Positions 9,101 through 19,438 are shown, numbered from the stretch's first letter. The stretch is 43,171 nt of DNA from a virus (IMGVR_UViG_2939121850_000002:1-43171), one strand, 5' to 3'. The notes: generated by a model from the letters alone, not told the origin. A program made the numbers and translations.

Positions 9101-9469
9101 TTAGTCAGCGAAGGTTAAGACGAGAATTACCTTAATGATGTCTGCTACAACAGACACGGCCATAGATAAACCAAAGACGATCCAAGCCACAGTGATGTCT
9201 TCACTACCATCGTATAGAGTTCCGTAATCACTGGTGTAAGGCGTAAATGTCGCGCCTTGATACAATAGGTATAAGCTTGATCCATAGAGGATAAATGCAG
9301 ATATCCCTTGTATTGCTATGATCACCAGAATCATGAAACGAGCTGATCTATGCGCCCAAGCCTGGCTTATTTTTTCTGATAGAGATTTCGCAATAAAAGC
9401 ATGCGCTAAGCCGTAAATTGTCGAGATTGCCAACATCCCAAAAAAGCTTGCTATAGCGGTTCCAACCAT
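9101..9469 (-). CDS. Small polytopic membrane protein co-transcribed with cI (rexAB-position accessory gene)
   Basis: Hydrophobic segments consistent with 3-4 TM helices; ATG at 9469 is 18 nt after the cI stop (alternative TTG at 9490 overlaps the stop). Confidence 0.55.
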   Translation of the reverse strand: MVGTAIASFFGMLAISTIYGLAHAFIAKSLSEKISQAWAHRSARFMILVIIAIQGISAFILYGSSLYLLYQGATFTPYTSDYGTLYDGSEDITVAWIVFGLSMAVSVVADIIKVILVLTFAD

Positions 9470-9486
9470 AATCGCCCCTTGCGTGA

Positions 9487-10203
9487 TCAAACCAGCCTTA
9501 GTTTTGTCTCAATTGCAACGCCTATAATCTTGCAGTTTCCATTGATTGGCACGAGAGGCCATGCAGGATTAAGTCCCTTGAGGTATTTATTTCCGCCGTC
9601 GATTATCAGCTTCTTGAATGTTGCTTCGTTAGAGTCAGAAAGTTTTGCTATGACCAAGCTGCCGTTGATCGCCTCCCTTCCGGTATCGAAAAGAACGAAT
9701 GTTCCCTCTGGAATGCTTAACCCAACCGGTGCCGTCATTGAATCACCTTCCACTTTAAGCCAGAACGCATTACCTTGAATATGCGCGTCAGACTCAAGCC
9801 AAACATCTATGTCTTTAATGGTGTATGGTTCGCATGCTTCACACCACGAGCCAGCCTGGATACTGCTTAACACCGGATACCTCTTTCCTGCTCTGTATTC
9901 CCCTGCATACCTTACGTTGGCATCGCTCTTAAGGCTTTCTGCCTGTTCTGCAACCTTGGCAGCAATTGACTGGCTAAAATCAGCAATTGAGACTTGCAAC
10001 AGCCGTGCAAAACCAGATGCAACCTCAACGTTTAGCGCGTTTCTGCCATTAAGATAATGCCCTACCGCTCCTTGGGTGATACCCAGTTCATCAGCGATTG
10101 AGTATTGGGTTATTCCCAATTCTTTCTTTTTTGACTCATACAAAGCCTTAAGACGCTTAGCGTCTTCGAGCTGTTCTGTCGTCAGTGATTTTTTATTTTC
10201 CAT
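9487..10203 (-). CDS. cI: CI repressor (lambda cI-like HTH plus S24 LexA-type autopeptidase domain)
   Basis: TEQLEDAKRLKALYESKKKELGITQ ... FWLKVEGDSMTAP ... ATFKKLIIDGG; collinear with lambda CI; divergent from cro. Confidence 0.9.
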   Translation of the reverse strand: MENKKSLTTEQLEDAKRLKALYESKKKELGITQYSIADELGITQGAVGHYLNGRNALNVEVASGFARLLQVSIADFSQSIAAKVAEQAESLKSDANVRYAGEYRAGKRYPVLSSIQAGSWCEACEPYTIKDIDVWLESDAHIQGNAFWLKVEGDSMTAPVGLSIPEGTFVLFDTGREAINGSLVIAKLSDSNEATFKKLIIDGGNKYLKGLNPAWPLVPINGNCKIIGVAIETKLRLV

Positions 10204-10214
10204 AGCTTAATTCT

Positions 10215-10279
10215 AATAGCTAAGGTACTTAAACTAAAAATACCCTAAGTATTGATTACTTTGAATACCTGTAGTATTC
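10215..10279. promoter_or_regulatory. OR operator cluster with divergent pRM/pR
   Basis: AATACCCTAAGTATT (10239-10253), GAATACCTGTAGTATTC (10263-10279) and a weaker AATAGCTAAGGTACTT (10215-10230) in the 100-bp cI-cro intergenic region. Confidence 0.6.
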
Positions 10280-10309
10280 TTTGTTCATGGTTAATAACGG
10301 AGAGTGCAT

Positions 10310-10504
10310 ATGATTCGAATGACACTTGCCGATTACGCCAAAATCCATGGACAGGCTAAAGCAGCCAGTGACTTTGGTGTAATCCAGTGCGCTATCAGCA
10401 AGGCCATTCTGGCAGGCCGTAACATCATGGTTACGGTAAAGCCTGATGGCAGTGTGATTGGAGAGGAAGTTCGTCCTTTCCCAAGCAACAAGAAAAACAA
10501 ATAG
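10310..10504 (+). CDS. cro: Cro repressor
   Basis: [33 protein letters not shown]...PFPSNKK, collinear with lambda Cro; GGAGAG RBS 5 nt upstream of the ATG. Confidence 0.85.
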   Translation: MIRMTLADYAKIHGQAKAASDFGVIQCAISKAILAGRNIMVTVKPDGSVIGEEVRPFPSNKKNK

Positions 10505-10612
10505 TAACACCGCTCTTTAACAGTCATGGTCCTCATTCCCGCCGAAATGCGGGAATACAACGCGCATAAGTTGATGCGCATAACTTCTTATTTGTTAAGG
10601 AAATACTTACAT

Positions 10613-10891
10613 ATGGAACTTACAAGTACTCGCAAGAAAGCGAATGCAATTACAAGCAACATCCTGAATCGAATTGCTGTACGTGGTCAGCGAAAGGTTG
10701 CTGATGCATTAGGGATCAATGAATCGCAAATTTCGCGATGGAAAGACAGCTTTATCCCAAAGATGGCCATGCTTCTGGCTGTGCTGGAGTGGGGTGTTGA
10801 AGACGAGGAATTAGCGGAGCTGGCAAAGAAAGTAGCCATGGTGCTGACAAAAGAAAAGCCTCAAGACTGCTGCAACAGTTTTGAGGCCTGA
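10613..10891 (+). CDS. cII: CII transcriptional activator
   Basis: [26 protein letters not shown] matches the lambda CII core; real start is the internal Met (MELTST...). Confidence 0.85.
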   Translation: MELTSTRKKANAITSNILNRIAVRGQRKVADALGINESQISRWKDSFIPKMAMLLAVLEWGVEDEELAELAKKVAMVLTKEKPQDCCNSFEA

Positions 10892-10925
10892 TGTAGAAAG
10901 ACTGGATCAATCCACAGGAGTAATT

Positions 10926-11072
10926 ATGACAAAACAACTCAGTCCTTACCAGGACAAAATTCACAAACACATACTACGTGATCGCTTCCTGTCCAGCTTC
11001 AAGCAGCCTGGTCGATTCCGGGCTGAGTTGGAAAAAGTGAAGCTGATGCAGAAGGAGAAAGGTCATGAGTAA
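10926..11072 (+). CDS. Small hypothetical protein between cII and O (48 aa)
   Basis: GGAG RBS before the ATG at 10926. Confidence 0.3.
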   Translation: MTKQLSPYQDKIHKHILRDRFLSSFKQPGRFRAELEKVKLMQKEKGHE

Positions 11073-11925
11073 TCTTGCAACCGTAACACATTTAAGGCCT
11101 TCACAACGGCCTGTGGAGCGTCGTGTGGCAGAAGTTGAAGATGGTTATACCCGTCTTGCAAATGCCCTGTATGAAGAGCTTATCGGCGCAGATTTAACGA
11201 AAAATCAGAGCAAGGTTGCCCACGCCATATGCCGTAAAACATACGGCTACGGTAAAAAGATGGATCGCATCTCTGATAGTCAGTTAGCTCAAATTACCAG
11301 GCTGCCAAGACAGAAGGTAAACAAGGCCAAGAATGAGCTTATCGCGATGAAGGTTATCCTTCGCGAAGGACAGCAAATCGGGCCTAACAAGAACATCGAG
11401 GAATGGCAAATCGAAGGGTGTCACTACTCTGGTGATAATGTCACTGCATTGGTGACAAAAAGTGTCACCAAAACGGTGACAGCGCTGTCACCAAAACAGG
11501 GACACACAAAAGAAACTATTACAAAAGAAAAAAGAAATAATAAAAACACTATGTCCGAAAGTGTTCGGACGGAGTGTGAAAAATCATCTGACCGTCACGA
11601 AGAAACCGACAAGGCATTCGAGGAAATATTCTGGTGTGCAGGCATGCGGAAGGCCGGGAAGAAAAACGCAGCTTCGGCATTCAGAACACAGTTCAGGGAA
11701 TGGCGTAAAACTACCAGGGGTACGGCAAGCGAGTTTGCCACGATGCTGGCAGAAGACATCGCATGCAGGAATGGTAAGCAGTTCGGATTCGACAGGTTGT
11801 TACCATCGAGCTACCTGAACGGTCAGCGCTGGAACGACGAAAAGCCAGAAACCATTCAACCACAATCCAAACCATCATCCGCAATCACCGTATCGAAAAC
11901 TGGCTACGTGTTTTTCGACAGGTGA
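11065..11925 (+). CDS. O: Replication initiator O
   Basis: N-terminus ([49 protein letters not shown]) collinear with lambda O; iterons embedded in the gene. Confidence 0.85.
   Translation: MSNLATVTHLRPSQRPVERRVAEVEDGYTRLANALYEELIGADLTKNQSKVAHAICRKTYGYGKKMDRISDSQLAQITRLPRQKVNKAKNELIAMKVILREGQQIGPNKNIEEWQIEGCHYSGDNVTALVTKSVTKTVTALSPKQGHTKETITKEKRNNKNTMSESVRTECEKSSDRHEETDKAFEEIFWCAGMRKAGKKNAASAFRTQFREWRKTTRGTASEFATMLAEDIACRNGKQFGFDRLLPSSYLNGQRWNDEKPETIQPQSKPSSAITVSKTGYVFFDR
11416..11550. repeat. Origin of replication: GGTGACA/TGTCACC inverted-repeat iterons followed by an A-rich tract
   Basis: Palindromic iterons at 11431-11444, 11451-11469, 11475-11492 plus flanking partial copies; A-rich run 11506-11550; all inside O, as for ori-lambda. 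Confidence 0.6.
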
Positions 11926-12032
11926 ACCATGAAATCAAAAATCAAATCGTTACTGGTCGCTGGTTATAACCACGGCTGGTTAAGTATTTCGTTTGTCGAT
12001 TTCTGGTTTAAAAATCTCAATCTGAGGGAATC

Positions 12033-13913
12033 ATGAGGCCAAGTGAACTTAGCGACCTGCTTTGGGCGCAGGTTGACAGGGTGGCTCCGCACCTGTTGCC
12101 AAACGGCAAGAAAGAGGGGCATGAGTGGGTTGCCGGTAACGTCAACGGTGACAAGGGAAACAGCCTTAAGGTCAACCTTAGCGGCAAGAAAAAATGGGCT
12201 GATTTCGCTGAGGGAGACGGCGGTGACATGCTTGATTTGTGGATGGCATGTCGTGGAATTAACCTGCATCAGGCTATGCAGGAAGCGAAAGCATTTCTCG
12301 GTATCAAGGATGACGATCACCATTTCGATGCCAAACGTGAGAAGAAATTCTCCAGACCTGATCGCAAGAAAATCGCCCGCTACGTTACCAGAACAGAATC
12401 CCATCTTGAGTACCTGCAATCGCGTGGCATATCGCCAGAAATCGTAAAGCGCTACGAGGTTGTCAGCGGCAAGGTGTGGAATGGAGAACGAGAACTTGAT
12501 GCACTGGTGCTTCCGTACAAACGCGATGGTGAGTTGTTGCAGGTCAAGCGAATCAGCACTGAGCGCCCGGACGGGAAGAAAGTCATTATGGCAGAAGGTG
12601 ATTGCGAACCTTGTCTGTTCGGATGGCAGGCTCTGGACGCTGGCGTGAGGGCGGTTGTACTTTGCGAAGGCGAAATTGATTGTATGAGCTATGCGCAATA
12701 CGGCATCTCGGCGTTATCCGTGCCGTTTGGTGGCGGGAAAGGCGCTAAGCAACAGTGGATTGAGTTTGAGTATCACAACCTCGACAGGTTTGAGGAAATA
12801 TTCATCTCGATGGACGTTGATGATGTTGGTCGTGAAGCCGCAAGGGAAATCGCAAGCCGACTCGGTGAACATCGTTGCCGTCTTGTTACTCTGCCGTACA
12901 AAGACATCAACGAATGCCTGATGAACGGTGTTACCGAGGATGAAATCTGGCAGTACATCGGCACGGCATCCTACTTCGATCCTGAAGAACTCTACAGCGC
13001 GCGAGAGTTTTACCAGGACACTATCAACGCTTTCTACGGCAAGCAGCAGTATCTGTTTAATCCACCGTGGGAATCTCTCGCAGATAAATTCCAGTTCCGT
13101 GAGGCCGAGTTGACGCTGGTCAATGGTGTGAACGGTCACGGAAAAACGGAGGTTGTCGGGCATATGGCACTTGAGGCAATGCGTCAGGGTGTGAAGACGT
13201 GCATCGCGTCACTTGAGCTGAAGCCAGGCATTCTCCTTAAGCGACTTACCCGTCAGGCAACGTGCTGCAAGATGCCGCCAGTGCTGGAAATTGACTCTGC
13301 ATTTAAATTTTATGACGAAAGACTTTGGGTGTTTGGCCTGACCGGAACGGCGAAAGCCGACAGGCTGATCGAAATATTCGACTACGCTCGCCGCCGATAC
13401 GGCATCCAGTTATTCATCATCGACAGCCTGATGAAATGTGGCATAGGCGACGATGACTATAACGGGCAGAAGGCGTTTGTTGACTCGATTTGCGACTTCA
13501 AAAACAAAACAAACTCCCACGTCATTCTCGTTACTCACTCGCGAAAAGGAGACAGCGAAGAAAAACCAACCGGGAAAATGGACGTAAAAGGCTCTGGAGC
13601 GATAACAGACCTGACAGACAACCTTTTCATCATCTGGCGTAACAAGGCTCGCGAGAGAGCGTTACAGAGAGTTCAGAGTGGTGAAAAGATGTCAGAGAAG
13701 GACGAACAGCTACTGGCATCTCCGGCATCTGTTTTGATGCTTGAAAAACAACGTAACGGTGAAGGTTGGGAAGGTGGTGTCCCGTTGTTCCTTGACGAGC
13801 AATCGCACCAGTTCCTGCAACTTGAATCAGGATCGCCATATAGCTACATCGCCAATATGCCGAAATCGGAATATGACGAGGCGTGGCGACAGGAAAACGT
13901 GACAGAGTATTAA
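12033..13913 (+). CDS. Bifunctional DNA primase/helicase (Toprim domain plus RecA-fold helicase)
   Basis: Toprim motif VVLCEGEIDCMSY; Walker A GVNGHGKT; Walker B FIIDSLMK; occupies the lambda P / P22 gene 12 position. Confidence 0.8.
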   Translation: MRPSELSDLLWAQVDRVAPHLLPNGKKEGHEWVAGNVNGDKGNSLKVNLSGKKKWADFAEGDGGDMLDLWMACRGINLHQAMQEAKAFLGIKDDDHHFDAKREKKFSRPDRKKIARYVTRTESHLEYLQSRGISPEIVKRYEVVSGKVWNGERELDALVLPYKRDGELLQVKRISTERPDGKKVIMAEGDCEPCLFGWQALDAGVRAVVLCEGEIDCMSYAQYGISALSVPFGGGKGAKQQWIEFEYHNLDRFEEIFISMDVDDVGREAAREIASRLGEHRCRLVTLPYKDINECLMNGVTEDEIWQYIGTASYFDPEELYSAREFYQDTINAFYGKQQYLFNPPWESLADKFQFREAELTLVNGVNGHGKTEVVGHMALEAMRQGVKTCIASLELKPGILLKRLTRQATCCKMPPVLEIDSAFKFYDERLWVFGLTGTAKADRLIEIFDYARRRYGIQLFIIDSLMKCGIGDDDYNGQKAFVDSICDFKNKTNSHVILVTHSRKGDSEEKPTGKMDVKGSGAITDLTDNLFIIWRNKARERALQRVQSGEKMSEKDEQLLASPASVLMLEKQRNGEGWEGGVPLFLDEQSHQFLQLESGSPYSYIANMPKSEYDEAWRQENVTEY

Positions 13914-13990
13914 ATGACCATCTACATCACTGAGCTAATAACAGGCCTGCTGGTAATCGCAGGCCTTTTTATTTGGGGGAGAGGGAAGTC

Positions 13991-14431
13991 ATGAAAAAAC
14001 TAACCTTTGAAATTCGATCTCCAGCACATCAGCAAAACGCTATTCACGCGGTACAGCAAATTCTTCCAGACCCAACCAAACCAATCGTAGTAACCATTCA
14101 GGAACGCAACCGCAGCTTAGACCAAAACAGGAAGCTATGGGCCTGCTTAGGTGACGTCTCTCGTCAGGTTGAATGGCATGGTCGCTGGCTGGATGCAGAA
14201 AGCTGGAAGTGTGTGTTTACCGCAGCATTAAAGCAGCAGGATGTTGTTCCTAACCTTGCCGGGAATGGCTTTGTGGTAATAGGCCAGTCAACCAGCAGGA
14301 TGCGTGTAGGCGAATTTGCGGAGCTATTAGAGCTTATACAGGCATTCGGTACAGAGCGTGGCGTTAAGTGGTCAGACGAAGCGAGACTGGCTCTGGAGTG
14401 GAAAGCGAGATGGGGAGATCGGGCTGCATGA
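13991..14431 (+). CDS. ninB: NinB recombination protein
   Basis: MKKLTFEIRSPAHQQNAIHAV... near-identical to lambda NinB as I recall it. Confidence 0.85.
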   Translation: MKKLTFEIRSPAHQQNAIHAVQQILPDPTKPIVVTIQERNRSLDQNRKLWACLGDVSRQVEWHGRWLDAESWKCVFTAALKQQDVVPNLAGNGFVVIGQSTSRMRVGEFAELLELIQAFGTERGVKWSDEARLALEWKARWGDRAA

Positions 14432-14955
14432 CTATCAAATCAAATACGCCAGCACACGACAAGGACTGCTGGCAAACGCCGCTTTGGCTTTTTGATGCAC
14501 TGGATATTGAGTTTGGATTCTGGCTGGATTCGGCAGCGAGCGACAAAAATGCTCTGTGTGCTCACTGGCTAACTGAGGCCGACGACGCGCTCAATTCTGA
14601 GTGGGTAAGCCACGGTGCAATCTGGAATAACCCACCGTACAGCAATATCAGGCCGTGGGTGGAAAAAGCCGCTGAGCAGTGCATACAACAGCGACAGACG
14701 GTAGTTATGCTTGTGCCAGAGGATATGTCAGTCGGATGGTTCAGCAAGGCTCTGGAGAGTGTCGACGAAGTTCGCATTATCACTGATGGACGGATTAATT
14801 TTATCGAACCATCGACAGGGTTGGAGAAGAAGGGAAACAGCAAAGGCTCCATGCTGCTGATTTGGCGACCGTTCATCAGTCCTCGACGGATGTTTACTAC
14901 CGTATCCAAAGCGGCATTGATGGCGATCGGGCAGGGTGTCAGGAGGGCGGCATGA
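14428..14955 (+). CDS. Phage DNA N6-adenine methyltransferase (Dam-type)
   Basis: NPPY catalytic motif (WNNPPYS); ATGA overlap with ninB; sits in the ninC position. Confidence 0.8.
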   Translation: MTIKSNTPAHDKDCWQTPLWLFDALDIEFGFWLDSAASDKNALCAHWLTEADDALNSEWVSHGAIWNNPPYSNIRPWVEKAAEQCIQQRQTVVMLVPEDMSVGWFSKALESVDEVRIITDGRINFIEPSTGLEKKGNSKGSMLLIWRPFISPRRMFTTVSKAALMAIGQGVRRAA

Positions 14956-15128
14956 GGCGACAGCGACGAAGTATCACCGACATAATCTGCGAAAACTGCA
15001 AATACCTTCCAACGAAACGCTCCAGAAATAAACGCAAGCCAATCCCAAAAGAATCTGACGTAAAAACCTTCAACTACACGGCTCACCTGTGGGATATCCG
15101 GTGGCTAAGACATCGTGCGAGGAAATGA
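14952..15128 (+). CDS. ninE: NinE
   Basis: [27 protein letters not shown]... matches lambda NinE as recalled; ATGA coupling to dam. Confidence 0.6.
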   Translation: MRRQRRSITDIICENCKYLPTKRSRNKRKPIPKESDVKTFNYTAHLWDIRWLRHRARK

Positions 15129-15490
15129 CAATGGATTATTCACAGTTAAGTGATTTTGAAATTAACAAGCGAGTGGCAATTTGCTGTGGATTTACTCCCG
15201 AAGATTGCGAAATCGCAAAGTTGGGAACATCAATCGTTGGTGTTGAGTGGGATGACGAAACTGGTTATGCAATAAAAACGGTTGATTACTGTAAAAGCCC
15301 ATCAGACGCAGAGCCGATTATCGTAGAGAACAGAATTGGCATTATTCCAGCGCCAGAAAATGGATTATGGAAGGCAGCGCATAGAAAAGTTGGCAGTGAT
15401 AGTACCCCATATCATATGACTCAAGATGAAAACCCACTCCGCGCCGCCATGATTGTCTTTCTCATGATGCAGGACGCCAATAATGCTTAG
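15125..15490 (+). CDS. nin-region hypothetical protein (NinX/DUF2591-like)
   Basis: 121-aa ORF translationally coupled to ninE; family assignment is tentative. Confidence 0.4.
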   Translation: MTMDYSQLSDFEINKRVAICCGFTPEDCEIAKLGTSIVGVEWDDETGYAIKTVDYCKSPSDAEPIIVENRIGIIPAPENGLWKAAHRKVGSDSTPYHMTQDENPLRAAMIVFLMMQDANNA

Positions 15491-15659
15491 CCCATCCCAA
15501 TCCCTTCAATACCAGAAAGAAAGCGTCGAGCGAGCTTTAACGTGCGCTAACTGCGGTCAGAAGCTGCATGTGCTGGAAGTTCACGTGTGTGATCACTGTT
15601 GCGCAGAACTGATGAGCGATCCGAATAGCTCAATGTACGAGGAAGAAGACGATGGCTAA
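15483..15659 (+). CDS. ninF: NinF (58 aa; under the ORF-track cutoff)
   Basis: Hand translation [58 protein letters not shown], zinc-ribbon-like, matching lambda NinF as recalled. Confidence 0.55.
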   Translation: MLSPSQSLQYQKESVERALTCANCGQKLHVLEVHVCDHCCAELMSDPNSSMYEEEDDG

Positions 15660-16263
15660 ACCAGCACGAAGACGATGTAAAAACGGTGAATGTCGGGAAT
15701 GGTTTCACCCTGCATTCGCTAATCAGTGGTGGTGCTCTCCAGAGTGTGGAACAAAGATAGCACTCGAACGACGAAGTAAAGAACGCGAAAAAGCGGAAAA
15801 AGCAGCAGAGAAGAAACTACGACGAGAGGAGCAGAAACAGAAAGATAAACTGAAGATTCGAAAACTCGCCTTAAAGCCCCGCAGTTACTGGATTAAACAA
15901 GCCCAACAAGCCGTAAACGCCTTCATCAGAGAAAGAGACCGCGACTTACCATGTATCTCGTGCGGAACGCTCACGTCTGCTCAGTGGGATGCCGGACATT
16001 ACCGGACAACTGCTGCGGCACCTCAACTCCGATTTGATGAACGCAATATTCACAAGCAATGCGTGGTGTGCAACCAGCACAAAAGCGGAAATCTCGTTCC
16101 GTATCGCGTCGAACTGATTAACCGCATCGGGCAGGAAGCAGTAGACGAAATCGAATCAAACCATAGCCGCCATCGCTGGACTATCGAAGAGTGCAAGGCG
16201 ATCAAGGCAGAGTACCAACGGAAACTCAAAGACCTGCGAAATAGCAGAAGTGAGGCCGCATGA
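15652..16263 (+). CDS. ninG: NinG (Rap) recombination-associated protein
   Basis: Cys-rich N-terminus and basic region collinear with lambda NinG. Confidence 0.8.
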   Translation: MAKPARRRCKNGECREWFHPAFANQWWCSPECGTKIALERRSKEREKAEKAAEKKLRREEQKQKDKLKIRKLALKPRSYWIKQAQQAVNAFIRERDRDLPCISCGTLTSAQWDAGHYRTTAAAPQLRFDERNIHKQCVVCNQHKSGNLVPYRVELINRIGQEAVDEIESNHSRHRWTIEECKAIKAEYQRKLKDLRNSRSEAA

Positions 16264-16466
16264 CGTTCTCAGTAAAAACCATTCCAGACATGCTCGTTGA
16301 AGCATACGGAAACCAGACAGAAGTAGCACGCAGACTGAAATGTAGTCGCGGCACGGTAAGAAAATACGTTGATGATAAAGACGGGAAAATGCACGCCATC
16401 GTCAACGACGTTCTCATGGTTCATCGCGGATGGAGTGAAAGAGATGCGCTATTACGAAAGAATTGA
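16260..16466 (+). CDS. ninH: NinH
   Basis: 68-aa protein with HTH ([19 protein letters not shown]) as in lambda NinH. Confidence 0.7.
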   Translation: MTFSVKTIPDMLVEAYGNQTEVARRLKCSRGTVRKYVDDKDGKMHAIVNDVLMVHRGWSERDALLRKN

Positions 16467-17115
16467 TGGCAGCAAATACCGAAATGTTTGGGTAGTTGGC
16501 GATCTGCACGGATGCTACACGAACCTGATGAAAAAACTGGAGACGATAGGATTCGACACCAAAAAAGACCTGCTTATCTCGGTGGGCGATTTGGTTGATC
16601 GCGGTACAGAGAACGTCGAATGTCTGGAATTAATCACATTCCCCTGGTTCCGAGCTGTACGTGGAAACCATGAGCAAATGATGATTGATGGCTTATCAGA
16701 GCGTGGAAACGTCAATCACTGGCTGTTTAATGGCGGTGGCTGGTTCTTTAATCTCGATTACGACAAAGAAATTCTGGCTAAAGCTCTTGCCCATAAAGCA
16801 GGTGAACTTCCGTTAATCATCGAACTGGTGAGCAAAGGTAAAAAATATGTCATCTGCCACGCCGATTATCCTTGTGATAAATACGAGTTTGGAAAGCCAG
16901 TTGATCATCAGCAGGTAATCTGGAACCGCGAACGAATCAGCAACTCACAAGACGGGATCGTGAAAGAAATCAAAGGCGCGGACACGTTCATCTTTGGTCA
17001 TACGCCAGCAGTGAAACCACTCAAGTTTTCCAACCAGATGTATATCGATACCGGCGCAGTGTTCTGCGGAAACCTCACATTGATTCAGGTACAGGGAGAA
17101 GGCGCGTGGGCATAA
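16444..17115 (+). CDS. ninI: NinI Ser/Thr protein phosphatase (lambda PPase type)
   Basis: GDLHGCY, GDLVDRG, GNHE metallophosphatase motifs; start at [12 protein letters not shown]. Confidence 0.85.
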   Translation: MRYYERIDGSKYRNVWVVGDLHGCYTNLMKKLETIGFDTKKDLLISVGDLVDRGTENVECLELITFPWFRAVRGNHEQMMIDGLSERGNVNHWLFNGGGWFFNLDYDKEILAKALAHKAGELPLIIELVSKGKKYVICHADYPCDKYEFGKPVDHQQVIWNRERISNSQDGIVKEIKGADTFIFGHTPAVKPLKFSNQMYIDTGAVFCGNLTLIQVQGEGAWA

Positions 17116-17624
17116 GAGAAATAAACCTCACCAAAGAACAGCACGATTGGCTGAATGGCTGGCTTGAACTGTGGGGCGCATGGGTTTATTCAGGTCGTCT
17201 GGAAAAGCGCATGAGCAGCGTAATAGCGAAGTTCATGGAGAGCGTAGAGCCGGGAAGAGTTATGACAAGGCCAATGTGCAATGATGATGATGGAATGTTG
17301 ATTTCTCAGGTCGTCGATTCCGTCATGTGCATTGACAAGAAAGCCTTTGGCATCCTCCTCAGCTACTACGCTCATGGTTCATCTAAGCGAGCAATTGCAT
17401 CCTACTATCACGCGACTGCAAAGCCACGCAAGATGTGTGGACGTGGTGGCGAGGGATGGAGAAAACCTTCACTGGCAACCTGTAGAAACGAAATTGACGA
17501 CATCCTGAAAGCGTCGTTATTTGTTTTGTACCAGCCAATGCAAAATGCTTTCAAAATGCGTAAACGTGTTGAGAAAGTTAAGCATGTTGCTGTTAAAAGC
17601 CTTGACATGCAATTATCCATTTAG
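17106..17624 (+). CDS. Q: Late-gene antiterminator Q (non-lambda Q type)
   Basis: Position between ninI and pR'/lysis genes; likely GTG start preceded by GGAGAAGG; Cys/His-containing C-terminal half. Family assignment is from synteny more than motif. Confidence 0.55.
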   Translation: MGIREINLTKEQHDWLNGWLELWGAWVYSGRLEKRMSSVIAKFMESVEPGRVMTRPMCNDDDGMLISQVVDSVMCIDKKAFGILLSYYAHGSSKRAIASYYHATAKPRKMCGRGGEGWRKPSLATCRNEIDDILKASLFVLYQPMQNAFKMRKRVEKVKHVAVKSLDMQLSI

Positions 17625-17631
17625 CCATAAT
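17602..17631 (+). promoter_or_regulatory. Candidate late promoter pR' (TTGACA, 18 bp, cATAAT) overlapping the 3' end of Q
   Basis: TTGACA at 17602-17607 and CATAAT at 17626-17631. Confidence 0.4.
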
Positions 17632-17644
17632 TAGAAGGTAAGCT

Positions 17645-17682
17645 GCCGTTAGTGACTCTTAAGTTGCAACGGTGGCTTTTTT
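17645..17682 (+). terminator. Candidate tR' (weak hairpin followed by T6)
   Basis: T6 run at 17677-17682 preceded by an imperfect GC-containing stem; the structure is weak. Confidence 0.3.
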
Positions 17683-18220
17683 GTTTGCACAACAGGTAAG
17701 AGCATTGAACCCGCAGACCTCGCGGAATTGGTGAAAGGTGCCGCGCAGTACTCTTATCGTTGTGGTGAATACGCAGGCTGATGCGTTAATCAGGTGAACG
17801 AGACACCCGCCGGTCCGTGATATGGCACACCGTGCCGGTCATATCTGCCGCGGTTAGGTTTACGAGGATTTCGTAAAGCTGGTCTAGGGTGAAGCCGTGA
17901 AAGCGGAGGAAGTAAAACGAGGCGTCGGTACACGCCTATCGTCATTAAGTCGGAGTTCAGCACCGACCGCCACAACCCAAACTGAGCCGTAGCCACTGGC
18001 TATCCTGAACTCATCAGTGATAGTTATGCTGCGGCCTTCTACATATGATCTTCGTGAAAGCGGGTGGAAGGAGGTCGCGCTAACAACCTCCTGCCGTTTT
18101 GCCCGTGCATATCGGTCACGAACAAATCTGATTACTAAACACAGTAGCCTGGATTTGTTCTATCAGTAATCGACCTTATTCCTAATTAAATAGAGCAAAT
18201 CCCCTTATTGGGGGTAAGAC

Positions 18221-18544
18221 ATGAAGATGCCAGAAAAACATGACCTGTTAGCCGCCATTCTCGCGGCAAAGGAACAAGGCATCGGGGCAATCCTTGCGTT
18301 TGCAATGGCGTACCTTCGCGGCAGATATAATGGCGGTGCGTTTACAAAAACAGTAATCGACGCAACGATGTGCGCCATTATCGCCTGGTTCATTCGTGAC
18401 CTTCTCGACTTCGCCGGACTAAGTAGCAATCTCGCTTATATAACGAGCGTGTTCATCGGCTACATCGGTACTGACTCGATTGGTTCGCTTATCAAACGCT
18501 TCGCTGCTAAAAAAGCCGGAGTAGAAGATGGTGGAAATCAATAA
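18221..18544 (+). CDS. S: Holin S (class I, dual-start MKM)
   Basis: [34 protein letters not shown]... essentially identical to lambda S as recalled. Confidence 0.9.
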   Translation: MKMPEKHDLLAAILAAKEQGIGAILAFAMAYLRGRYNGGAFTKTVIDATMCAIIAWFIRDLLDFAGLSSNLAYITSVFIGYIGTDSIGSLIKRFAAKKAGVEDGGNQ

Positions 18545-19004
18545 TCAACGTAAGGCGTTCCTCGATATGCTGGCGTGGTCAGAGGGAACTGATAACGGAC
18601 GACAGAAAACCAGAAATCATGGTTATGACGTCATTGTTGGCGGAGAGCTATTCACTGATTACTCCGATCACCCTCGCAAGCTTGTCACGCTAAACCCCAA
18701 ACTCAAATCAACAGCCGCCGGGCGTTACCAGCTTCTTTCCCGTTGGTGGGATGCCTATCGTAAGCAGCTTGGCCTGAAAGACTTCTCTCCGAAAAGCCAG
18801 GACGCTGTGGCACTGCAACAGATTAAAGAACGTGGCGCTTTACCGATGATTGATCGCGGTGATATTCGTCAGGCAATTGACCGTTGCAGCAATATCTGGG
18901 CTTCACTTCCGGGCGCTGGTTATGGTCAGTTCGAGCATAAGGCTGACAGCCTGATTGCAAAATTCAAAGAGGCAGGCGGAACGGTCAGAGAGATTGAGGT
19001 ATGA
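18528..19004 (+). CDS. R: Endolysin R (lytic transglycosylase)
   Basis: [24 protein letters not shown]... matches lambda R. Confidence 0.9.
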   Translation: MVEINNQRKAFLDMLAWSEGTDNGRQKTRNHGYDVIVGGELFTDYSDHPRKLVTLNPKLKSTAAGRYQLLSRWWDAYRKQLGLKDFSPKSQDAVALQQIKERGALPMIDRGDIRQAIDRCSNIWASLPGAGYGQFEHKADSLIAKFKEAGGTVREIEV

Positions 19005-19438
19005 GCAAAGTAACCGCGATTATCTCCGCTCTGGTTATCTGCATCATCGTTTGCCTGTCATGGGCTGTTAATCATTACCGTGATAACGCCATGACCTACA
19101 AAGAGCAGCGCGATAAAGCCACATCCATCATCGCTGATATGCAGAAGCGTCAACGTGATGTAGCAGAACTCGACGCCAGATACACAAAGGAGCTTGCTGA
19201 TGCTAACGCGACTATCGAAAGTCTCCGTGCTGATGTTTCTGCTGGTCGTAAGCGCCTGCAAGTCGCCGCCACCTGTGCAAAGTCAACGACCGGAGCCAGC
19301 AGCATGGGCGATGGAGAAAGCCCAAGACTTACAGCAGATGCTGAACTCAATTATTACCGTCTCAGAAGTGGAATCGACAGGATAACCGCGCAGGTTAACT
19401 ACCTGCAGGAATACATCAGGACGCAATGCCTTCGATGA
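19001..19438 (+). CDS. Rz: Rz i-spanin
   Basis: N-terminal TM segment ([18 protein letters not shown]) and coiled coil; collinear with lambda Rz. Confidence 0.85.
   Translation: MSKVTAIISALVICIIVCLSWAVNHYRDNAMTYKEQRDKATSIIADMQKRQRDVAELDARYTKELADANATIESLRADVSAGRKRLQVAATCAKSTTGASSMGDGESPRLTADAELNYYRLRSGIDRITAQVNYLQEYIRTQCLR
19200..19385 (+). CDS. Rz1: Rz1 o-spanin lipoprotein, embedded in the +1 frame of Rz
   Basis: Signal peptide with lipobox (LLVVSAC) followed by a Pro-rich segment; entirely inside Rz in another frame. Confidence 0.75.
   Translation: MLTRLSKVSVLMFLLVVSACKSPPPVQSQRPEPAAWAMEKAQDLQQMLNSIITVSEVESTG

Noticed and set aside
11964-12698. 244-aa minus-strand ORF
   Set aside because: Lies entirely antisense within the well-supported primase-helicase gene; no RBS and a low-complexity translation.
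17790-17996. 68-aa minus-strand ORF in the Q-S leader
   Set aside because: Arg/Pro-rich, no ribosome-binding site, wrong orientation for the late operon; treated as non-coding (see the leader finding).
17683-18220. Possible tRNA or toxin cargo between Q and S, as in Stx phages
   Set aside because: No tRNA-like T-arm/acceptor signatures and no ORF of suitable size.
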